DNA of 64,000 nt from positions 20,545 through 84,544 of the forward strand of contig CBDEGW010000004.1 of assembly GCA_965237935.1 (NCBI GenBank), in the 5' to 3' direction. The notes beneath the pieces were generated by a model. That model saw nothing but the letters and a program-made list of their open reading frames with translations, was not told the DNA's origin and made no database searches. Origin of the DNA: Dehalococcoidia bacterium. GTDB lineage: Bacteria > Chloroflexota > Dehalococcoidia > Lucifugimonadales > CBDEGW01. Numbering within the stretch: position 1 is the first letter of the stretch; each line of letters begins with the position of its first letter. Shown here in pieces: positions 9,597-18,939 of this stretch. A program made the translations under genes and the position numbers.

Positions 9597-9708
9597 ATGG
9601 TTTTGTAGGGTGTAGTGGCCTTTATCTGATAGCTTTACGAGCTAACAGAAACGCTAAAATATATTCATATCCAATAGAGCCACCTAGACGAATCAGCATA
9701 TTTGGAGG

Positions 9709-10188
9709 TTGAAGCCAGTGCCAAAGCTACCCATCACCATCACGGTCAACGGCGATTCCCAGGAGATTCTGGTGCAGCCCTGGCAGACCCTCCTCTCGGC
9801 CCTTAGAGACGAGCTGAACCTCACGGGCACCAAAGAGGGCTGCAGCAACGGCAACTGCGGCGCCTGCACTGTCCTCCTGAACGGTCGCACGGCCGACTCC
9901 TGCGTGGTGCTGGCCGCCGAGGCCGACGGCGCCGAGGTCAGAACCGTCGAGGGCCTGGCCCACGACAGCAAGCTGGACCCGGTCCAGCAGGCCTTCATCA
10001 GTTACGGTGCCCTCCAGTGCGGCTTCTGCACTCCCGGCTTCCTCATGTCGGCCAGGTACCTGCTGGACCACAACCCCAAGCCCAGCGAGTTCGAGATACG
10101 CCTGGCCATCGCCGGAAACCTGTGCCGGTGCACCGGCTACGACAAGATCGTGCGGGCTATTCAGGCCGTCGCCCAGGGCGAGTTCTGA
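9709..10188 (+). CDS. Molybdenum hydroxylase [2Fe-2S] small subunit, CoxS/CutS-like
   Basis: Both cluster motifs are present: CSNGNCGACTVLLNG and QCGFCTPGFLMSA...CRCTGYDKI. An alternative GTG start lies at 9718. Confidence 0.9.
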   Translation: MKPVPKLPITITVNGDSQEILVQPWQTLLSALRDELNLTGTKEGCSNGNCGACTVLLNGRTADSCVVLAAEADGAEVRTVEGLAHDSKLDPVQQAFISYGALQCGFCTPGFLMSARYLLDHNPKPSEFEIRLAIAGNLCRCTGYDKIVRAIQAVAQGEF

Positions 10189-10374
10189 TTGCGGCAAGAT
10201 ACTTCCCTCTCCCATCGAGGGAGAGGGTCAGGATGAGAGTGAAATAGAGGGGCTTCCCATAGGAAGCCCCTCTCAGTTCGTGCCCTTGACGGTTCCTTTG
10301 AGCAATCTGTTGACCGTTGGCCAATCCCCAAGTATCCGTTACTCGTACCAGTCGTGCTAGTTTAGTCCGATTGA

Positions 10375-10499
10375 GCTTTGCACAAAAACCCTAGGAGGGT
10401 ACAGGGAACCCCTTGTCGGGGGTTCAGGGGGTGTCCTCCTTTGGATAAAACCTCTGGGCGGGTGGGTGGGAAAGAAGCGTTGGACTTTTAGTGCAAGGC
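10375..10499. repeat. MITE-like repeat copy 2
   Basis: GCTTTGCACAAAAAC...GGGTGGGTGGGAAAGAA...TTGGACTTTTAGTGCAAGGC, same orientation as copy 1. The first internal hairpin is kept but with a different sequence (GAACCCC-TTGTC-GGGGTTC). No clear target duplication. Confidence 0.55.
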
Positions 10500-10517
10500 C
10501 CCCTTGATGGGAGAGGG

Positions 10518-11249
10518 TTAGGGCGAGGGAACCCTCTTCCCGCTTACCGCCTTCATAAACCCATCCCGCGAAGGGCATCCCCACGCCAGGACGCAGCTCT
10601 GGCACTGTGGGCGTTGGGCCTTGCACACCCGCCTCCCGTGAGTGATAAGGTAGACGTGGAAGGCGAAGACCTCACCCGGCTTCACCATGGCCTCCAAAAT
10701 GTCGTGGGCGGCGTCGGCGGAGACCTTGGGGCCGATAAGCCCCAGCCTCTTGGACACCCGGTGGATGTGAGTGTCCACGGGCATGGCGGGCATGCCCAGG
10801 GCGAAGCACAGGATTATCGCAGCCGTCTTCGGCCCCACGCCCGGCAGCCTGGTCAGCCAGGCCTTGGCCTCCGCCAGGGGCATCTCTCTAAGAAAGTCCA
10901 GCTCCAGGGAGCCCTGCTCCTTTAGGACCTGCTGGAGGACGGCCTTGATGCGAGGCGCCTTGACCCTGGCCAAGCCACCCATCCAGACGGCCTCGGCGAT
11001 GCGCTCCACGTCCGCCTCGGCCACCGCCTCCAGGGAGCCGAAGGTGTCCATCAGGTTCTGGAAGGCCCGCTCCGAGTTGATGTCGGAGGTGTGCTGAGAG
11101 AGGACCGTCGATACCAGCTCCGAGGCGGGGTCCAGCCGGGGCTCCCACTGGATGGGCCCGTACTCCTTGCCCAGCAATGAGAGGACATCCCCCGCAGTCA
11201 CCTGAAGCTGCTTTGCGGTGGCTCGACGCGACGTCGTGGACTTAGCCAT
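10518..11249 (-). CDS. nth: Endonuclease III-like HhH-GPD base-excision DNA glycosylase
   Basis: HhH motif LPGVGPKTAAIILCF, catalytic-region VDTHIHRVSKRLG, and the C-terminal 4Fe-4S loop CKAQRPQCQSCVLAWGC. Confidence 0.8.
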   Translation of the reverse strand: MAKSTTSRRATAKQLQVTAGDVLSLLGKEYGPIQWEPRLDPASELVSTVLSQHTSDINSERAFQNLMDTFGSLEAVAEADVERIAEAVWMGGLARVKAPRIKAVLQQVLKEQGSLELDFLREMPLAEAKAWLTRLPGVGPKTAAIILCFALGMPAMPVDTHIHRVSKRLGLIGPKVSADAAHDILEAMVKPGEVFAFHVYLITHGRRVCKAQRPQCQSCVLAWGCPSRDGFMKAVSGKRVPSP

Positions 11250-11448
11250 CCAGGTGCCTCTCCTTTAATAATGCTAGATAAATTCCCTGGAGCATTAGCT
11301 TGACCCGATTATGTCAGATAGGATAATATACCAGCAAGTGAAATTCTGAACATTTCATGGCTTGGAAGGGGGAAGTCCCCCTTCGTTTTTTGACTGATGG
11401 GGTGTGCGGGCAGATGAGGCGGCACTCCCCTGGAGACTGAGGAGCGCG

Positions 11449-11877
11449 ATGACGGTTGATCAGGCAGAGAAGGTCCTCTCTGTTACCGAGAAGGCGGCAT
11501 CCAAGATCATACAGTACGCCCAAGAGATAGGCATGGAGGAGTTCGGACTCCGCATGTCTGTGAAGCCCGCCGGATGCTTTGGCCTCCTTTATGACATAAC
11601 CCTGGAGTCGAAGCCCCGCCCCAAAGACATAATCGTTGAGAATGACGGCTTCAACATCTTCGTGACCAAGAGAAGCTTATCCTACCTCAACGGCACCACC
11701 CTGGATATCTCCGTGCTGCCCCTGGGCAATACCTCCTGTGCGGCCCGGTGGCGGGGCAAGCATGCCATGGACCCCAGGAGCCTGAACGAGAAGGGGTTTG
11801 TCTATAGGAACCCCAACGTTCGCATTACCGGCGGCTGCAGCGCCTGTTTCTCCGTAGTCAGCAATCCCGGTGCCTGA
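11449..11877 (+). CDS. HesB/IscA-like iron-sulfur cluster insertion protein with an internal insertion
   Basis: SVTEKAASKIIQYA...LRMSVKPAGCFGLLYD...FVYRNPNVRITGGCSACFS keeps the three IscA cysteines. About 25 extra residues (VLPLGNTSCAARWRGKHAMDPRSLNE) precede the C-terminal motif. Start set at ATG 11449, preceded by GAGGAG. Confidence 0.6.
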   Translation: MTVDQAEKVLSVTEKAASKIIQYAQEIGMEEFGLRMSVKPAGCFGLLYDITLESKPRPKDIIVENDGFNIFVTKRSLSYLNGTTLDISVLPLGNTSCAARWRGKHAMDPRSLNEKGFVYRNPNVRITGGCSACFSVVSNPGA

Positions 11878-12054
11878 TGCACACCTCGAACTCTCCGGCA
11901 AAGGCGCTCCCCAAGCATTCCCTATTCGGAGAAATCCCAAAACTGACCTAAATTGGCCTTACGTCTTGTAGTCCTGAAGGGTGTTCTGGTAAATTACCGC
12001 TCGAAGGGACTCTAGCAGACCTTAATACATACCCCGTATATAAAGGAGAGAGAC

Positions 12055-12672
12055 ATGTTCTACGAGCTACGTACCTACAACATGAAGCCTGGATCTGTTG
12101 GCAAATGGGAGGCCAACTTCGCCGAGGCTCTCCCCAGCCGGCTGAAGCACTCTAGCCTGGGAGCCTTCTGGCACACCGAGATCGGTCCCCTTAATCAGGT
12201 GATTCACGTGTGGCCCTGGGATAGCCTGGACGAGCGGACCCAGGCCCGCGCTGCAGCCCTCAAGGACCCCGATTGGCCCCCAAAGGGAAGGGAGCTTATC
12301 CTCTCTCAGGAAGCGGAGATCGTGATTCCCTCCCCCTTTATGACGCCTCTGGGCGAAAGGGTACTGGGCCCCGTATACGAGATGCGCGTCTACACCGTTC
12401 AGACCGGCGGCATGCCTGAGATGCTGGAGAGGTGGGCCGAGGGAATTCCCCACCGCGAGAAGTACTCCCCCTTGGCAGCCTCCTGGTATACCGATCTGGG
12501 TGGGTTGAACAAGTTCTACCATATATGGGCCTACAAGAGCTTCGAGGAGCGAACCCGGGTACGTACCGAGATTTTCAAAGACCCCAACTGGCCACCCAAG
12601 GTCACGCCAGGTCTGGTGGTGAAGCAGGAGAACAAGATCATGGTGCCCGCAGCCTTCTCCCCTATGCAATAA
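12055..12672 (+). CDS. NIPSNAP family protein (two NIPSNAP repeats)
   Basis: MFYELRTYNMKPG...VIHVWPWDSLDERT and a second half VYEMRVYTVQTGG...FYHIWAYKSFEERT. Confidence 0.8.
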   Translation: MFYELRTYNMKPGSVGKWEANFAEALPSRLKHSSLGAFWHTEIGPLNQVIHVWPWDSLDERTQARAAALKDPDWPPKGRELILSQEAEIVIPSPFMTPLGERVLGPVYEMRVYTVQTGGMPEMLERWAEGIPHREKYSPLAASWYTDLGGLNKFYHIWAYKSFEERTRVRTEIFKDPNWPPKVTPGLVVKQENKIMVPAAFSPMQ

Positions 12673-12735
12673 AGCTCATCCAGGGCAGGCCTTAATTAGA
12701 AGGAAAGTCCTTGAGAGACTCATTCGGAGGTTTCC

Positions 12736-13443
12736 ATGTCGTTGGACAGTCGCGAGTTCGAGAAAGAGATACGGCAGATGGTTCAGCGCAAGCACAGCAA
12801 GGACCATCCCCTCATAGGCCAGATAGAGAGTGGGGAGTTGAACTTGGATCAGTTGAAGAAGTTCGTCCGCCAGTTCTACCTCCTCTTCCCCAAACCCTTT
12901 CCCAAGCCCATCGCCGCTATGCTGGGTCGCTGCCCGGACGACCCGGACCTGGAGCGGATGTGGATAGAGAACGTTATGGAGGAGTCCACCGGCCAGGTCA
13001 CAGGGACCGATGGCCATAAGGACCTCTACCTCCACTTCGCCTCTACCTTCGGCCTCTCCCGGGAGGAGATGGACAAAGAGGAACCTCTGCCGGAGACCCA
13101 AGCCTTTCTCAACTGGAGGGAGCTCCTCATCTATCAGCGGGGCTGGCTGGAGCTTTTCGCCTGCCAGGGCTACGCCTTTGAGGGGACGGCCGGCGAGCGG
13201 ATGACCCGTATAGTGAACGGCCTGGTGAACCACTACGGCTACGATAGAGAGTCCCATGACCTGCGATACTGGACCATACACATGAGCGTGGACGAGGAGC
13301 ATATGAAGGTAGGGCCCCTGGCCGTGGAGCGCTACGCCACCACCGAGGACCTGCAGGAGAAGGTGCGCAATGCCGTCCAGTACTCCCTGGACATGTTCTG
13401 GCTTTTTGAAGACGGCGTCCAGAGGGCCATTGGGGCTGCATAG
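12736..13443 (+). CDS. Haem-oxygenase-like fold protein (TenA/PqqC-like iron-containing redox enzyme family)
   Basis: 235-aa helical protein with the family pattern HPLIGQIESGELNLDQLKKFVRQFY...ENVMEE...H.DLYLHFA...GYAFEG...YWTIHMSVDEEH. Assignment from motif pattern only. Confidence 0.6.
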   Translation: MSLDSREFEKEIRQMVQRKHSKDHPLIGQIESGELNLDQLKKFVRQFYLLFPKPFPKPIAAMLGRCPDDPDLERMWIENVMEESTGQVTGTDGHKDLYLHFASTFGLSREEMDKEEPLPETQAFLNWRELLIYQRGWLELFACQGYAFEGTAGERMTRIVNGLVNHYGYDRESHDLRYWTIHMSVDEEHMKVGPLAVERYATTEDLQEKVRNAVQYSLDMFWLFEDGVQRAIGAA

Positions 13444-13466
13444 GGTAGCCCCTCCTGCGCCTCGTT

Positions 13467-14384
13467 TCAGGATACGCGAGAGATGCGGTTGTCCACCAGG
13501 TCCTCGAAGTTGGCATCTGGGGATATAAGTCCCCAACTCAGCATCCAGCGGAGGGTCCTCTCGAACTCCTCTGCTGGATATGGCTGTGGCTCAACATAAC
13601 GCAGCCGTGAAAGCCTGAAGTCATCCGGGCTCAGGGAGCCCAGCTCCGGCGGAATGTCGTCGATGAGATAGTGCAGGTACTTCCTCTTGTCGGCGTTTAT
13701 CAGTTGGACGGCCCGGGCTATAGCCCTGTTAATGGCCTGGAAGGTATCGGCATCTATGCTCTCGGCGGCGATGTCAGAGCCTATGTAGTGGGCCTCCATA
13801 ATCAGGCTACAGCCCTTCTTCTCGGCCAGGGCTATCCAGGGCTCCATGAGAGAGGCGGCGGCTACTTCTCCATTGAGCATGGCCTGGTACCGCAGACGCG
13901 GGTCTCCCAGATGCACCACCTTGATCTCATCCCGCTCCAGGAATCCCTCTAGCATCTGGAGGGTAATGTAGTGGGAGCCGGCGTGAAAATTGACTCCCAC
14001 CGGCTGGTTCCTGAGGTCCTGAGGGTGTGTGATGGCCGACCCGGGTCCCACGAAAATGGCCTGGGTCCCTATTGCCGGCCTCATGCCGATGATCTGGCCC
14101 CCAACACCGCTGTCCTGGGCGCGCCGTATCTGGCCCCACTCGCAGGCCCGGTACAGGTCCACCAACTTCTCCTCGAAGACGCCGTGCACCAGGAAGGAGT
14201 CCACCTGATTGGGATCGTCTATAGCCTGGGGTTGATTAGCCTCGCCCGGCAGCGAACCCCTTCCCTGGGCCCGCACAAACTCCACCTCCAGTCCCTCCTG
14301 GGCGAAGAGGCCTTCGTCCCGGGCCACCAGCCAGGGAAGGCTGAAAACGATGGTGCTGATCTCGCTGGTTATCTTCTTAGGCAT
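13467..14384 (-). CDS. NMT1/THI5-like (SsuA/NitT-type) periplasmic-binding-fold protein with no obvious signal peptide
   Basis: STIVFSLPWLVARDEGLFAQEGLEVEFV...GVNFHAGSHYITLQMLE matches the NMT1/THI5-like substrate-binding fold. The N-terminus is not hydrophobic. Confidence 0.6.
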   Translation of the reverse strand: MPKKITSEISTIVFSLPWLVARDEGLFAQEGLEVEFVRAQGRGSLPGEANQPQAIDDPNQVDSFLVHGVFEEKLVDLYRACEWGQIRRAQDSGVGGQIIGMRPAIGTQAIFVGPGSAITHPQDLRNQPVGVNFHAGSHYITLQMLEGFLERDEIKVVHLGDPRLRYQAMLNGEVAAASLMEPWIALAEKKGCSLIMEAHYIGSDIAAESIDADTFQAINRAIARAVQLINADKRKYLHYLIDDIPPELGSLSPDDFRLSRLRYVEPQPYPAEEFERTLRWMLSWGLISPDANFEDLVDNRISRVS

Positions 14385-14501
14385 AGCCTGAGTCTCCTTG
14401 CTTTTTCGTCCACGTTTGAGAGGTGGTTTAAGGAAGTATACGGTTGGGCTTTTGTGAAGGTCAATTCATTGATTGGTGTCAGCCTACGGATATCGGGCCA
14501 C

Positions 14502-15833
14502 CTATGGCACGCCTTCCACAAAGTCCATGCCGATGTGCCCCTCCGCCTCCAGCCTTGCGTACTCCTCCTCCGGTAGGCCCAGCAGCTCCTTGTAGACATA
14601 CTCGTTGTGCTCCCCCAGACGACACGGCGGCAGTCGGAGCCGGTTGGGGGTCTTGGACATCTTCCAGAAAGGGCCGTGATGTAGCTGAGTCCCCGTTTCG
14701 GCGTGCTCCAGGGGCTGGAAGAAGTCCCTGGCTTTGAGGTGTGGGTCCTCCAGCAGCTCCTTCTGGTCCAGTAGAGGCGCCGCGGCGACGCCGTGGGCTT
14801 GCAGGAGATGGAAGGCTTCGAGGTGGTCCTGCTCGCTGGTCCAGGATGAGATAATAGATTCCATCTCGTCCTGGTGCTTCCAGCGGGACAGGGAGTCGGC
14901 GAAACGGGAGTCCTGGGCCAGCTCTGGAAGGCCCATGACCTGGCATAGGCCCTGCCACTCCTCGTCGCTGGCCACCGCAATATTAAGCCACCTGTCTTCG
15001 CCTCGACAGGGGTAGCAGCCGTGGGGCGCCATGGCGTGGTCCCGGTTCCCCAGGGTCTCCTGTGCACGGCCGTTGATGTTGTAGTCCATAATGGAATCGG
15101 CCAGCAGGGGCACGAAGTTCTCTGCCAGGTTCAGCTCGATAAGCTGCCCCTTGCCGGTTCGCTTGCGATACCAGATGGCCGCCAGAACAGCGAAGGCTGC
15201 CCCCGCGCCGGCGGTGGCGTCAGGGGCCACGGTGTCGCCCCGCTCCGATGGATCGGAGTCGGTGTAGCCCCGGAGCCAGGTGTGGCCCGTGACCCCGTCC
15301 ACATGCAGCCCAAGGCTGCGGTAGTTCTTGTAGGGCCCATCCAGGCCGAAGGCCGGCATCCGGATCATGATTATCTGTGGGTTCATCTCCCTCACCTTAT
15401 CGTAGGTGAGGCCCAGTTTTTCAATGGTCTCGGGGACGTTGTTCTCGATGAACACGTCGGAGTTGCGTATCAGCCGGGCAAAAATCTCCTTTCCCTCGGG
15501 CCGGCGCAGGTCGACGGTCATGCTCAGCTTGTTGCGGCAGACGCAGTTGGTGTTGGCGTAGCGATTCCAGGGGCGTTCTCCTGGGTCCCAGTTTGGGTAG
15601 GCCTGGACATACATCCCCCGATTCTGAAGGACCAGCTCCTTAGAAGGATGCGCCATCTGCCCACGGGTGCTGGGCTGCATCACCTGAATGGACTCCACGC
15701 GTATGACCTCGGCGCCCCAGTCGCCCAGGATCAGCGAAGCGTAGGGGCCGGCATAAATCACCGTCAGCTCCAGGATGCGTATCCCTTCCAAAGGCAATGG
15801 GCTCATGTTGTTACCTTTCCACACGCCGGCCAT
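14502..15833 (-). CDS. Family III CoA-transferase (CaiB/BaiF)
   Basis: PLEGIRILELTVIYAGPYASLILGDWGAEVIRVES N-terminal signature of family III CoA-transferases. 443 aa. Confidence 0.88.
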   Translation of the reverse strand: MAGVWKGNNMSPLPLEGIRILELTVIYAGPYASLILGDWGAEVIRVESIQVMQPSTRGQMAHPSKELVLQNRGMYVQAYPNWDPGERPWNRYANTNCVCRNKLSMTVDLRRPEGKEIFARLIRNSDVFIENNVPETIEKLGLTYDKVREMNPQIIMIRMPAFGLDGPYKNYRSLGLHVDGVTGHTWLRGYTDSDPSERGDTVAPDATAGAGAAFAVLAAIWYRKRTGKGQLIELNLAENFVPLLADSIMDYNINGRAQETLGNRDHAMAPHGCYPCRGEDRWLNIAVASDEEWQGLCQVMGLPELAQDSRFADSLSRWKHQDEMESIISSWTSEQDHLEAFHLLQAHGVAAAPLLDQKELLEDPHLKARDFFQPLEHAETGTQLHHGPFWKMSKTPNRLRLPPCRLGEHNEYVYKELLGLPEEEYARLEAEGHIGMDFVEGVP

Positions 15834-15848
15834 AAACGTCTACCGTTG

Positions 15849-17090
15849 TCAGACCACACCCCCCTGGCGGAGCCGCACCAGGTAGTCTCGCTCATATCCC
15901 AGCATATCGCAGTAGACCTCCTCGTTGTGCTGGCCCAGCAGTGGGGCTGGGCGCCGCACAAGCCAGGGGGTCTCCGACATGATGAAGGGACGTCCCGGGT
16001 AGGTGAAGGTGCCTGCCGCCGGGTGCTCGATCTCCGTCCACATCCCGCGGGAGGCGAAGTGGGCGTCCTCCATAAGGTCTCTGGAGGTGAAGACGGGGCC
16101 TGACATCAGGCGCGCCCCCTGGGCCTGAGTCCAGACCTCTTTCATAGTGCGGTCCATGAGCCAGGGAAGCAGAATCTCATAGTTGAAGGCCTCTATGTTC
16201 TCTGCCTTGGAGCGCTCCACCAGGGAGGAGAAGCGTGGGTCCTCCAACAGCTCGGGCATGCCCAGCATCCGGGGGACCGACGGGAACCATCTGCCCCCTC
16301 CCGTGAGCTGAATGTACCCGTCCGCGCATGGAAAGATGCCGGAGGCGATGGCAAACCCCAGAGGGCGCCTGCCAAAGACGTCCCCGGTGTACTGATGCGC
16401 CAGGGTCATGGCCGTGCGACGGTCCTGGCTGGCAGCCTGGGTCTCATACATCGACAGGTCCACGTGCTCTCCACTGCCTCGGGCCTCCCGGGCGAAGAGG
16501 GCAACCATTGTGGCCGTGGCCGCCACCACCCCTGCATGACGGAGCGCCACCTTTTCTGCGTACTTGGTGGGCTCGCGTTCAGGGTTCCCCTGGGCGTGCA
16601 TGGCGCCCCCCATGCCGTGGACGATGATTTCGCCCCCCTTCATATCCTTGTAGGGCCCCGTCTGCCCGAAGGGGGTTATCGAGACCATTATCACCATTGG
16701 GTTTATCTCCGACAGGGCCTCGTAGGAGAGCCCCAGAGAGGCCATGGTGCCCGGCGAGAAATCCTCCACCACCAGGTCGGCCCAGGGGACCAGGTCCCTA
16801 ATGATCCTCTGGCCTGTTAGGGAATTGAGGTTGAGGGTTACGCCCCGCTTGTTGGTGTTGAGATGCAGAAAAACGCCGCTCTTCTCTGGATGGGGCAGGT
16901 CTCCTGGAAAGGGCCCCGCTCTGCGGGCGACGTCACCCTCCAGAGGCTCCACCTTGATGGTCTCGGTTCCGTAGTCGGACAGGAGCTTGGTGCAGTTGGG
17001 CCCCGTAAGGCCGCCGCTCAGGTCCAGGACCTTAAGTCCGGACAGGGCTTGCGGGGGCATGGCTTGCTCTACTGTAGCGTCGGCGTGCAT
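15849..17090 (-). CDS. Family III CoA-transferase (CaiB/BaiF), second paralog
   Basis: LSGLKVLDLSGGLTGPNCTKLLSDYGTETIKVEP signature. 413 aa. Lies 15 nt upstream of the first paralog, and its start overlaps the stop of the upstream amidotransferase-like gene by 1 nt. Confidence 0.88.
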   Translation of the reverse strand: MHADATVEQAMPPQALSGLKVLDLSGGLTGPNCTKLLSDYGTETIKVEPLEGDVARRAGPFPGDLPHPEKSGVFLHLNTNKRGVTLNLNSLTGQRIIRDLVPWADLVVEDFSPGTMASLGLSYEALSEINPMVIMVSITPFGQTGPYKDMKGGEIIVHGMGGAMHAQGNPEREPTKYAEKVALRHAGVVAATATMVALFAREARGSGEHVDLSMYETQAASQDRRTAMTLAHQYTGDVFGRRPLGFAIASGIFPCADGYIQLTGGGRWFPSVPRMLGMPELLEDPRFSSLVERSKAENIEAFNYEILLPWLMDRTMKEVWTQAQGARLMSGPVFTSRDLMEDAHFASRGMWTEIEHPAAGTFTYPGRPFIMSETPWLVRRPAPLLGQHNEEVYCDMLGYERDYLVRLRQGGVV

Positions 17091-17809
17091 CAGCCCTTCT
17101 TGCTCATACCCCTTGCGGCCTGCTCCACCAGGCCCAGGAACAGGTTCTGGAACTGTCTAGGCACCTCGTCCGCTATCTCCGGGTGGCACTGCACGCCAAT
17201 CACCCAGCGGTGGCCGGGGCTCTCCAACCCCTCGATAAGGCCGTCGTCCAGGGAGTAGGCCGAGGCCATCAGCGCCCGAGACTTCTGGGGCTCCCGCAGC
17301 CCCTGGTGGTGGCGACTGTTGACCTGCACGAAACCACCCGAACCCAGGATGGCGGCAAGTTTGCTCCCCGGCGAGATGTAGATGCGATGGCGCACCGATT
17401 CATTCCGGCCGTTCTTCTCCTCCCCTTTGTGACCTGAGAGGTCCTGGATAAGCTTCCCTCCCAGGGCAACGTTTAGAGCCTGCATCCCCCGGCAGATTCC
17501 CAGCACGGGCAGGTCTCGGCTTAGGGCCGCCTTGATCAGGGAAAGCTCAAGGTCATCTAGCTGGCGATTGATCTCCAGATTGGCGTCGGGTCTGGGGGCG
17601 TCTCCGTAGACCGCCGGGTCTATGTCGGGCCCTCCCGGAAGCATCAACCCATCAATGCCGTTAAGGATCTCATCGGTCGGACGTGTCTCGTCGGGAGGCA
17701 GCATCAAGGGGCTTCCTCCGGCCTTCGCCACGGCCTCGCTGTACTCCTCTGGGTCGTAGGAGGCGGATGAGGTAATGCCTATGATGGGCTTACTGCTCAA
17801 TGTGCACAC
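17090..17809 (-). CDS. Gamma-glutamyl hydrolase / class-I glutamine amidotransferase-like protein (peptidase C26, PuuD-like)
   Basis: KPIIGITS...LMLPGGPDIDPAVYG...LPVLGICRGMQALNVALGG (nucleophile Cys)...GVQCHPE (His). Confidence 0.85.
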   Translation of the reverse strand: MCTLSSKPIIGITSSASYDPEEYSEAVAKAGGSPLMLPPDETRPTDEILNGIDGLMLPGGPDIDPAVYGDAPRPDANLEINRQLDDLELSLIKAALSRDLPVLGICRGMQALNVALGGKLIQDLSGHKGEEKNGRNESVRHRIYISPGSKLAAILGSGGFVQVNSRHHQGLREPQKSRALMASAYSLDDGLIEGLESPGHRWVIGVQCHPEIADEVPRQFQNLFLGLVEQAARGMSKKG

Positions 17810-17973
17810 TGCCTGGGGGAATCTAGGTTCAATTCGAGGTGGGCTGCTCAGCGGGCCTATAGTATCATAAAGCTAGTGGAGGACAAAGGCCCTTCTCCTT
17901 GACAGTATCGTCCGCTGCTATTATCGTGAAGCTGCCGGAAGTCGCTGAAAGAGCTGGATAAGGAGCGCTGAGT

Positions 17974-18162
17974 ATGAGAAAAAGACGTGGAGGAGGCGAA
18001 CTCCTGATAGTCGCCATTGGAATCATCGCTTTTGGTATATTTCTTCTATCACCTATAGCCACATTAATTGGCTTCATCTCCCTGGTAATCGGTGGGGTCC
18101 TAGCCGCCTTTGCTATATTCAATATGTTCTCTGGGGGCGGCAGGAGGTCCAGCTATGATTGA
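17974..18162 (+). CDS. Small two-TM membrane protein upstream of pspA
   Basis: 62 aa. MRKRRGGGELLIVAIGIIAFGIFLLSPIATLIGFISLVIGGVLAAFAIF has two hydrophobic spans. Same strand as pspA and 42 nt upstream of it. Confidence 0.5.
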   Translation: MRKRRGGGELLIVAIGIIAFGIFLLSPIATLIGFISLVIGGVLAAFAIFNMFSGGGRRSSYD

Positions 18163-18204
18163 GATACGCAACGCCACAAATAAACGCTGATAGGGAGGGG
18201 AACA

Positions 18205-18939
18205 GTGGGAATCCTGTCACGGATGTCTACCATAGTTAAGTCCAAGATGAACCGCCTGCTGGACTCGGCGGAGGACCCCAGAGAGACTCTGGACTACTCC
18301 TATGAGAAGCAGATAGAGATGCTCCGAAATATGAAGCGGGGCGTTATAGAGGTGGTAACCTCCAGACGCCGGCTGGAGATTCAAGGAGAGAAGATAAAGC
18401 AGAACGTCTCCACTTTGGAGGAGCAGGCCCGCCATGCCCTGGAGGCGGGGCGAGAGGACCTGGCCCGGTTGGCCCTGCAGCGGAAGCAGACCGCTTTGAT
18501 AGAGATGGATGGCCTTGACGCCCAGATCACCGACCTGGAGCGGGAACAGGAGAAACTGACTATATCTGAGCAGCGCCTCCAGTCCAAGGTGGAGGCCTTC
18601 CGGACCAAGAAGGAGGTCATAAAGGCCCAGTACACGGCGGCCCAGGCTCAGGTGCGCATCGGTGAGGCCCTCTCCGGATTATCCGAGGAGATGGGCGACA
18701 TCGGCATGGCCATCGAGCGGGCCGAGAGTAAGACGGAGCGGATGCGCGCCAAGGCCGGCGCCATAGACGAGCTGGCCACCGCCGGGGTGCTGGAGGACTT
18801 CACGGGTAGAGAGGACGACATCGGTAAGGAGTTGGCCAAGATCTCCGCGGCCCAGAACGTGGAGGGGGAGCTGGCAGCTCTGAAGGGCCAGCTTTCCTCC
18901 GGTGGAGAGAAGAAGGCACTACCGGGAGGCTCCTCATGA
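18205..18939 (+). CDS. pspA: PspA/IM30 (Vipp1) family membrane-stress protein
   Basis: MGILSRMSTIVKSKMNRLLDSAEDPRETLDYSYEKQIEMLRNMKRGV followed by a long coiled coil. Confidence 0.88.
   Translation: MGILSRMSTIVKSKMNRLLDSAEDPRETLDYSYEKQIEMLRNMKRGVIEVVTSRRRLEIQGEKIKQNVSTLEEQARHALEAGREDLARLALQRKQTALIEMDGLDAQITDLEREQEKLTISEQRLQSKVEAFRTKKEVIKAQYTAAQAQVRIGEALSGLSEEMGDIGMAIERAESKTERMRAKAGAIDELATAGVLEDFTGREDDIGKELAKISAAQNVEGELAALKGQLSSGGEKKALPGGSS

Noticed and set aside
15021-16103. 360-aa plus-strand ORF
   Set aside because: Antisense to the two CoA-transferase genes. No motifs, and a Gly/Val/His/Pro-rich composition.
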